From Candidatus Zhuqueibacterota bacterium (GTDB lineage: Bacteria > Zhuqueibacterota > Zhuqueibacteria > Zhuqueibacterales > Geothermadaptataceae), in the NCBI GenBank assembly GCA_030950365.1, contig JAUZRQ010000027.1, positions 85,293 through 117,292 of the forward strand: a stretch of 32,000 bases of DNA, in the 5' to 3' direction. The notes beneath the pieces were generated by a model. That model had not been told where the DNA came from. It did not search any database and was given only the letters and a program-made list of their open reading frames with translations. Position 1 is the first letter of the stretch. Every line of letters begins with the position of its first letter. The position numbers and the translations under genes are program-made. This document shows, piece by piece, positions 26,409 through 32,000 of the stretch.

Positions 26409-26693
26409 TTACTCATTTACGATTTTCTCGTTGAGCGATGCCAGATAATCCCGCAACACGTTTTTATTGACATAGAAATAGCTCCACTGGCCTTCCTTCC
26501 GAAAGGCCACCAGCTCACCTTCCGCCAGCACTTTCAGGTGATGCGAAATAGTCGGTTGCGACAACGAAAAAGCATCCGTGATTTCCTTGCATGAAATTTC
26601 CCCGTGATCGGCGATCATTTTGAAAATGCGATAGCGGTTTTCATCCGCCAGGGCCTTGGAAATTTTAACCAACTTTTTGATGTCGAGGGGCAT
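26409..26693 (-). CDS. ArsR/SmtB-family transcriptional regulator
   Basis: 94 aa from 'MPLDIKK'. 'ALADENRYRIFKMI', HTH 'ISCKEITDAFSLSQPTISHHLKVLAEGELV'. The tracked 187-aa ORF extends into the upstream gene and promoter, so its N-terminus is rejected. Confidence 0.88.
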   Translation of the reverse strand: MPLDIKKLVKISKALADENRYRIFKMIADHGEISCKEITDAFSLSQPTISHHLKVLAEGELVAFRKEGQWSYFYVNKNVLRDYLASLNEKIVNE

Positions 26694-26730
26694 GCTGGAT
26701 TCAATATATAGATAGATTTCAATATGTCTA

Positions 26731-26759
26731 AATATAGCGGATGAAACCGGACTTGTCAA
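26731..26759 (-). promoter_or_regulatory. Sigma70-type promoter of the ArsR gene (TTGACA-N17-TATATT) with overlapping AT-rich imperfect inverted repeat
   Basis: Minus strand reads TTGACA (26759-26754), a 17-nt spacer and TATATT (26736-26731). An imperfect inverted repeat, tatatagataga ... tctaaatatag (about 26704-26737), overlaps the -10 hexamer and the leader. Confidence 0.5.
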
Positions 26760-26884
26760 ATGGTTTTTTCTCGGAATGGCATGTATGATCATGGCATGGC
26801 CGTTTTTTGAACCGTTGAGCACGGAATTCGTGGATCGGCGCGTTTCGGCATCATCCATTCTGGCATCTGAAAAGCAACTGGGCA

Positions 26885-27778
26885 TCACTTCCGGGTGATT
26901 TGCTTTTCCAGTAGACCGGCGCGACGCAGAAGATCGCGGTAGGATACCCGTTCGATGCCGCGTTCTACGCACAGCGCAGCCACGACATTGGAACGCAGCG
27001 CGTGCATGACATGCTTCCGGTACGCGGTGCGCATACTGTCAGGCAGGCCGGCATGCAGCATTTCCGGCGAATCATCACCGGCATGAGCAGCCAGCACCCA
27101 CCGGCCGGGCGTCAATCCGTTCATCACATCGATGAGAGCGGCTTCCACGGCCTCGGCGGTGGCGCCGAAAATGGGCGGCGTGGGCCGAGCATCGAAATAG
27201 CCCGTGATGCCCAGCCGGTACTCCCGGGCCAGCGTCTCCAGGATGGTCGTCAACCACGTCGGAAAGGCCTCCCGTGGCTGCGGGAAATGCAGATAGGTTA
27301 ACGTCAGGCCAGCCCGGCGTGCGCGCTCGATTTGCGCGCGGAATTCGGTGATGACGGCCAGGCTGTCGCTGCCGTGGTTTTGCAGGGCGGCAAAAATGGG
27401 CGGGAAAAAGCCATCCGGACCACGCAATAGCTGCGCCACCGGAGCGGTTGAAACCGGGCCCCAGCGAAAATGCCGCCAGGGCGACGTCAGGGTGAGCTGT
27501 ACACCAAGACTCACATCGTGCCGTGCGGCCAGGGCTCGGGCTATTTCCGGAAACCAACCGGTGTTGACCACCACGCTGAAATCGGTGGCGATGCTTTCCT
27601 GCATGAGCGCCAGCGCCGCTGCGTTGGTGGCGTGCAAAAGACCTACGTCATCCACGCGGACGATGAGCTGGATGGTGCCTTCTTTGGGCGGCGGCGTTGC
27701 GTGATACGGCTGCGGAGCGCATGCATAAACCAGGGCGGCCACCATCAGCATCAGGCCGCCGGCCATCCGTTGCCACAT
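26885..27778 (-). CDS. ChbG/HpnK (YdjC-like) family carbohydrate deacetylase, secreted
   Basis: 297 aa. N-terminal signal 'GGLMLMVAALVYACA'. 'LIVRVDDVGLLHATNAAAL' and 'LGVQLTLTS' resemble YdjC-family motifs. Confidence 0.6.
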   Translation of the reverse strand: MWQRMAGGLMLMVAALVYACAPQPYHATPPPKEGTIQLIVRVDDVGLLHATNAAALALMQESIATDFSVVVNTGWFPEIARALAARHDVSLGVQLTLTSPWRHFRWGPVSTAPVAQLLRGPDGFFPPIFAALQNHGSDSLAVITEFRAQIERARRAGLTLTYLHFPQPREAFPTWLTTILETLAREYRLGITGYFDARPTPPIFGATAEAVEAALIDVMNGLTPGRWVLAAHAGDDSPEMLHAGLPDSMRTAYRKHVMHALRSNVVAALCVERGIERVSYRDLLRRAGLLEKQITRK

Positions 27779-27977
27779 AGACGGTCCCTCGATGGTTTTG
27801 TATCTGGAAAATCAGCCAGAATGATGTTCAGGTAAACAATCACGGAAGCAGGGCGGGAAGCAAAGCGCGCATCTGACCTGTCGTTTGACTACCCGGGTCT
27901 GTAGGGCGCCACCTGATAGCACTTGTTTTCAACGATCAAAGCGCGCCGCGGTTCCATAAGGAGATGGTGAATCCAAT

Positions 27978-30125
27978 CTATTTCAGCAGCAACAATTTAC
28001 GCGTTTGCCGATACGGTGCGGCCGTCAGGCGATACAAATAAAGGCCGCTCGCAAGATTGCCGGCCTCCAGCTTAATGCGGTAGTGACCTACTGGCTGCCA
28101 CCGATGCAGAAGGCGCCGAATCCGTCTACCGGTCACATCCAGAAGATCGAGGGTGACTTCGGTATTCCGTGGCAGGCTGTATTCGATCCAGGTGTTGCGG
28201 TTGAACGGATTTGGGTAATTCGGGTAAAGGTAAAAAACATTCGGCTGGTCTGGCGAGGCCTCGGCCACAGCCACAGGGGTGTCATTGATAAATAAATACT
28301 GATAAGGGCCTGCAGGATATAGCGAAACCAGAAGATCGGCATCGCCATCGCTATCGATATCCACCAGAAAGGGCTGTGGGCGGTTTTCGTCCGGCCGGAG
28401 ATCGGGGTGCGTCACATGCTCCGGAACCTGATTGGGAATCGACTGCCATGAAGGCGATCCGGACGTGCCAACATTCTGATAATAGCGAAGCTCGCCACCC
28501 ACGAATCCCACCAGCATATCCGGCAGGCCATCGCGGCTGAGATCACCGAAACCGATGCCGGAGACGCGCCCGGAAAAGTCCGGTAGCAGCCAGTCGGGGC
28601 GCTCGACCCAAGCGATGCGATCGCCCTGCTGGCGCTGTTCAAAGAACACGAATCCGGTGCGCACGCTGTCCGGTGAAACGGTGACGGACCGCTCCAGCAG
28701 CAGATCCAGATCGCCGTCACCGTCCATATCTACCGGTTCCGGATGGCGGTAGGTGGTATCCGTTCCGGCGTTGATGCGGTTAAAGCGCGCAAAAAAGTGT
28801 TCACTGCGATCGATCCATGCGCTGGTATCCGCCATCTGATCTGGAAATTCCAGAACGAAAAACCGGACAAACGGTTGATTCAAAAGCACCATCAGGAAAG
28901 AGCCGATGAGCTCCTGACGGCCATCGCTGTCCATATCAGCCACCCGGGCATGGAGCTGATCCGGCAGGCCCGACGACAGTGGCATGAAAAAGCTGTTCCG
29001 GAGTTGCCAGAATGGGAGATCGAGCCATTCGGTTTGCCGATATAGGTTCAATTCAAGAAAACCGCGATCTGAACGAATTCCCTGCCGGATCAGGAGCATT
29101 TCCGCACGGCCATCGCCTTCTAAATCGAACGGCAGCCATGCTTGCGCAATCCTGGATTGCAAATTCACGGAGTAGTAATGCGGATCAAACCAGAGGGAGT
29201 CGGCGCGCGCACGGAATAGGCGCAATCCGTTCAGATCGGTAAGATCGGTGCGGCCATCACCATCGATGTCAAACGCGCCCAGCAGGTGATAGCGGTACCA
29301 GCCAGGAAAATCAATGAGACCGGGCGTTTCCTGCCAGCGGATGCCGCTGCTATCGCGCATGGCAAAGAAAACGATCAGACGATTTTGTACATCGTCCAAT
29401 TCCACAACCGCGATGTCTTTTAAGCCGTCGTAATTGACATCGATGAAAATAGGGGAATGGACGGCGCGTCCGCTGATGGCCCTTAGCACCGGCTGGATAA
29501 ACGAATTGTTCTTTTGCCATACCGGATGTCTCGCCGTACCTGTATTCTCGAAATAAGCGAATGATATTCCAGAGAAACCGAACCGCGGTCCCATCAGGGC
29601 ATCGAGATCGCCGTCGCGATCCGCATCGGCAAAGGACAGCACCGTGTTCTCGATGGCGTCCGGCACATCCAGACCGGCAACCAGCGCGGTATCGGCATAC
29701 CATTGGCCATTATGATCCCGCGTGACCGCGATCAGCCGCGGTGGTGTATGTGCCTTGCGCTCATAGGTGATCCAATCAAGCCAGGTATCGCCGTTTAAAT
29801 CGGCCAGCGAGACCCAACTCGTGTACAGAAAGGGCAGAAGCGCTTCTGCCAGCGAGTCACTGGAGGTCCATCCAGTAGCGGTTTTAACAAAGATATGCAG
29901 CCGGCAGCAGATGTCATAATCGAAGTTGAGGCTGATCATATCGGTTTTGCCGTTATGATCGATGTCGCCCCAGGTCCAGTACATATACGGAGCCAACGGC
30001 AATTCGAATGGATTGAAAAATGCGGGATCGAATTGCCATTTGAGATTCTGGCAGTACACCCGGGTATGATTCATGGCGGCGCATGCAAGAAAAGCCCAAA
30101 GAATGACCCAAAAGCCTTTTCGCAT
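27978..30125 (-). CDS. FG-GAP/VCBS-repeat protein with T9SS (Por) C-terminal sorting domain
   Basis: Multiple DxDxDG calcium-binding loops ('DADRDGDLD', 'DIDGDGRTD', 'DMDGDGDLD', 'DIDSDGDAD'). C-terminus 'YPNYPNPFNRNTWIEYSL...VTLDLLDVTGRRI...ASGLYLYRL...RKLLLLK'. The likely start is 'MRKGFWVILW' at 30125. Confidence 0.85.
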   Translation of the reverse strand: MRKGFWVILWAFLACAAMNHTRVYCQNLKWQFDPAFFNPFELPLAPYMYWTWGDIDHNGKTDMISLNFDYDICCRLHIFVKTATGWTSSDSLAEALLPFLYTSWVSLADLNGDTWLDWITYERKAHTPPRLIAVTRDHNGQWYADTALVAGLDVPDAIENTVLSFADADRDGDLDALMGPRFGFSGISFAYFENTGTARHPVWQKNNSFIQPVLRAISGRAVHSPIFIDVNYDGLKDIAVVELDDVQNRLIVFFAMRDSSGIRWQETPGLIDFPGWYRYHLLGAFDIDGDGRTDLTDLNGLRLFRARADSLWFDPHYYSVNLQSRIAQAWLPFDLEGDGRAEMLLIRQGIRSDRGFLELNLYRQTEWLDLPFWQLRNSFFMPLSSGLPDQLHARVADMDSDGRQELIGSFLMVLLNQPFVRFFVLEFPDQMADTSAWIDRSEHFFARFNRINAGTDTTYRHPEPVDMDGDGDLDLLLERSVTVSPDSVRTGFVFFEQRQQGDRIAWVERPDWLLPDFSGRVSGIGFGDLSRDGLPDMLVGFVGGELRYYQNVGTSGSPSWQSIPNQVPEHVTHPDLRPDENRPQPFLVDIDSDGDADLLVSLYPAGPYQYLFINDTPVAVAEASPDQPNVFYLYPNYPNPFNRNTWIEYSLPRNTEVTLDLLDVTGRRIRRLLHRWQPVGHYRIKLEAGNLASGLYLYRLTAAPYRQTRKLLLLK

Positions 30126-30223
30126 GGCCCATTCTCCCAAATGATTTCAACAAGGCGGCCTTGACGCGGGGAAGCTGGTTGATTGCAGTGGCTGGCAAAT
30201 GAGACGCGGACGGGCTTGAGCGA

Positions 30224-30478
30224 TTACAGCAAAAGCAGCGCCAGAAGCAGGCTGATGAGCAGGCCCCAGAACGCTTTGTCCGGTGCGATTCGCTTCCCCC
30301 ACACGATGGCAAATCCGACCGCGGCGCCGATGGCCATCCAGGCGATGCGCCAGCGCAGGGCCGGGATGTTGATATGCACAGGCCAGAGGCTGGCCATCGA
30401 GACTTTGCCCGAGGCCAGCAATAGCCCGAAAAACACCAGCGCCAGAAACAGAAAGCCATTTAAATTTTTGCGATCCAT
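30224..30478 (-). CDS. Hypothetical small membrane protein (84 aa, about 3 TM helices)
   Basis: Starts 19 nt downstream of the SPFH gene on the same strand. Strongly hydrophobic segments. No family recognised. Confidence 0.5.
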   Translation of the reverse strand: MDRKNLNGFLFLALVFFGLLLASGKVSMASLWPVHINIPALRWRIAWMAIGAAVGFAIVWGKRIAPDKAFWGLLISLLLALLLL

Positions 30479-30496
30479 GTGTGCCGTTGGTCGGGA

Positions 30497-31243
30497 TTAT
30501 TTTTTCTTTGCGTCCAGAAACGGCGTCAGCAAATCGATCGGCACCGGGAACAGCATGGTTGAATTGTTCTCCGAGGCGATCTCGGTCAGGGTTTGCAAAT
30601 AGCGCAACTGCAGCGCCGCCGGATCCTGGCTGATGACCTTGGCGGCTTCATACAATTGCTTGGACGCCTGGTATTCGCCATCGGCATGAATGATCTTGGC
30701 GCGGCGCTCACGCTCGGCCTCCGCCTGACGCGCCATGGCGCGCTGCATCTCCTGCGGGAGGTCCACGTGTTTCACTTCCACCAGCGATACCTTGATGCCC
30801 CACGGATCGGTTTGGGAATCGATGATTTGCTGCAGATGTTCGTTGATTTTTTCGCGCTCGGCGAGCAGCTCGTCCAGTTCGGCCTGGCCCAGCACCGAGC
30901 GCAGGGTGGTTTGCGCTAATTGGGAAGTGGCAAACAGAAAATCTTCGACTTCGATCACGGCTTTGGCCGGATCGAGCACACGAAAATACAAAACCGCATT
31001 CACCTTCACTGAAACGTTGTCTTTGGTGATTACATCCTGCGGCGGCACGTCCATGGCTACGGTGCGCAAACTGACGCGCACCAGTTTATCAATGAAGGGG
31101 ATGATGAGCACCAGACCGGGCCCTTTGGTGCCGGCCAGACGCCCGAGACGAAACACCACGCCGCGCTCATATTCACGCAGAATCTTGATCGCCTGCGAGA
31201 GAATGAGAATAACGAAAAATATAAGTACGCCCCAGATTTGCAT
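30497..31243 (-). CDS. SPFH/band-7 (stomatin-like) protein
   Basis: 248 aa. '[12 protein letters not shown]', '[42 protein letters not shown]', '[17 protein letters not shown]'. Confidence 0.92.
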   Translation of the reverse strand: MQIWGVLIFFVILILSQAIKILREYERGVVFRLGRLAGTKGPGLVLIIPFIDKLVRVSLRTVAMDVPPQDVITKDNVSVKVNAVLYFRVLDPAKAVIEVEDFLFATSQLAQTTLRSVLGQAELDELLAEREKINEHLQQIIDSQTDPWGIKVSLVEVKHVDLPQEMQRAMARQAEAERERRAKIIHADGEYQASKQLYEAAKVISQDPAALQLRYLQTLTEIASENNSTMLFPVPIDLLTPFLDAKKK

Positions 31244-31371
31244 GTGAGCCTCCTTCCGATTGAGTAAACTTTAGTGTATATGGCCAATGCCTGATTGCTC
31301 GATCACCGCACGAGAAGCGGTTCAGAGTGTTGTCGTGAACTTTTGCGCTCCGCCTCCGGGCACGGAATCGG

Positions 31372-32000
31372 CTATTTTTCCAGTTTTCTCACTTTCACCT
31401 GCAGGCCGTCCACATCCACCACCCGAATTTTGTCGCCGGATTGGATCGGCTCGTCGGCATACGCCGACCAGATTTCACCGTGTACTTGCACCCGGCCTTC
31501 GGGATTGATATCCGTGCGGGCGCGTCCCACTTCGCCAATCAGCCCCTCCTTGCCGGTGGTTACTTTGCGCCGGTGAGCCTTGAATGCCATGGAAAGCGCA
31601 AACAGAAAAAATGCCGCCGTGGCTAGAGTGAAGGTGAGAATGAGTTTCAGCGAGACCTTGAACATAGGGTTGGCTAAGTTTTCGGGGGATTTGAACAGCA
31701 TGAGCGAGCCCAGAATCATGGAAATGGTGCCTCCGATGGTTAACAGGCCATAGCTTGTGATTTTGACTTCGAGGATGAATAGCACCAGCGCGAGTAGAAT
31801 CAGCAACAGCCCGGCATAATTGACCGGCAGAGTTTGCATCGAATAAAACGCCAGAATGAGAAAAATGGCGCCCACCACGCCGGGAAAAATGGCGCCCGGA
31901 TTGGACAGCTCAAAGAATATCCCATAAATGCCCAGCAGCAGCAGGATGTAGGCAATGTTCGGATCGGACAGCCGGTCCAGGATGCGATCACGCCAGGACA
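31372..32000 (-). CDS. NfeD-family membrane protein, C-terminal part (gene runs off the window end)
   Basis: The frame stays open upstream of the tracked GTG to position 32000 ('...PNIAYILLLLGIYGIFFELSNPGAIFPGVVGAI...'). Multi-TM region followed by a C-terminal OB-fold-like 'GRVQVHGEIWSAYADEPIQSGDKIRVVDVDGLQVKVRK'. This is the canonical NfeD-SPFH gene pair. Confidence 0.85.
   Translation of the reverse strand, partial: SWRDRILDRLSDPNIAYILLLLGIYGIFFELSNPGAIFPGVVGAIFLILAFYSMQTLPVNYAGLLLILLALVLFILEVKITSYGLLTIGGTISMILGSLMLFKSPENLANPMFKVSLKLILTFTLATAAFFLFALSMAFKAHRRKVTTGKEGLIGEVGRARTDINPEGRVQVHGEIWSAYADEPIQSGDKIRVVDVDGLQVKVRKLEK

Noticed and set aside
26694-26972. N-terminal 93-aa extension of the tracked 187-aa ArsR ORF.
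   Set aside because: The extension overlaps the 3' end of the YdjC-like gene and the promoter-like region and has no ArsR-family similarity. The ArsR fold is complete from the internal Met at 26693.
1-32000. Screen for CRISPR arrays, rRNA, IS elements or integrases, and prophage genes.
   Set aside because: Reading both strands showed no regularly spaced direct repeats, no rRNA-like conserved blocks, and no transposase, integrase or phage structural motifs.

Overview
This 32-kb bacterial chromosomal window is about 90% coding. All calls come from reading motifs by eye, since no searches were possible. A secreted FG-GAP protein has a T9SS-type C-terminal sorting domain, which suggests an FCB-superphylum-like organism. 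A single-chain pyruvate:ferredoxin oxidoreductase suggests an anaerobic lifestyle. Contents in order: (1) a translationally coupled minus-strand operon of a giant beta-class DNA methyltransferase, a 186-aa PD-(D/E)xK-like protein and a nuclease-less Res-type DEAH helicase (136-5428); (2) a PAS histidine kinase, a sigma54-dependent response regulator and two single-domain receivers, each behind a sigma54-type promoter (5717-10308); (3) PFOR plus a DHOD-like protein; (4) TonB, a tandem Usp and two small ORFs; (5) a YprA/MrfA-type helicase; (6) a tight five-gene operon of a FliF/FliG-fusion-like protein, an outer-membrane (OM) barrel protein, a TPR lipoprotein, MotA and MotB, with no other flagellar genes in view (20767-25946); (7) CDGSH, ArsR, a YdjC-like deacetylase and the FG-GAP/T9SS protein; (8) NfeD, SPFH and a small membrane protein. 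The two best candidates for an undescribed system are the orphan rotor-stator cassette and the split Type III-like methyltransferase/nuclease/helicase operon. A modular hairpin repeat occurs in two divergent intergenic regions. No CRISPR array, tRNA, rRNA or transposase was found.
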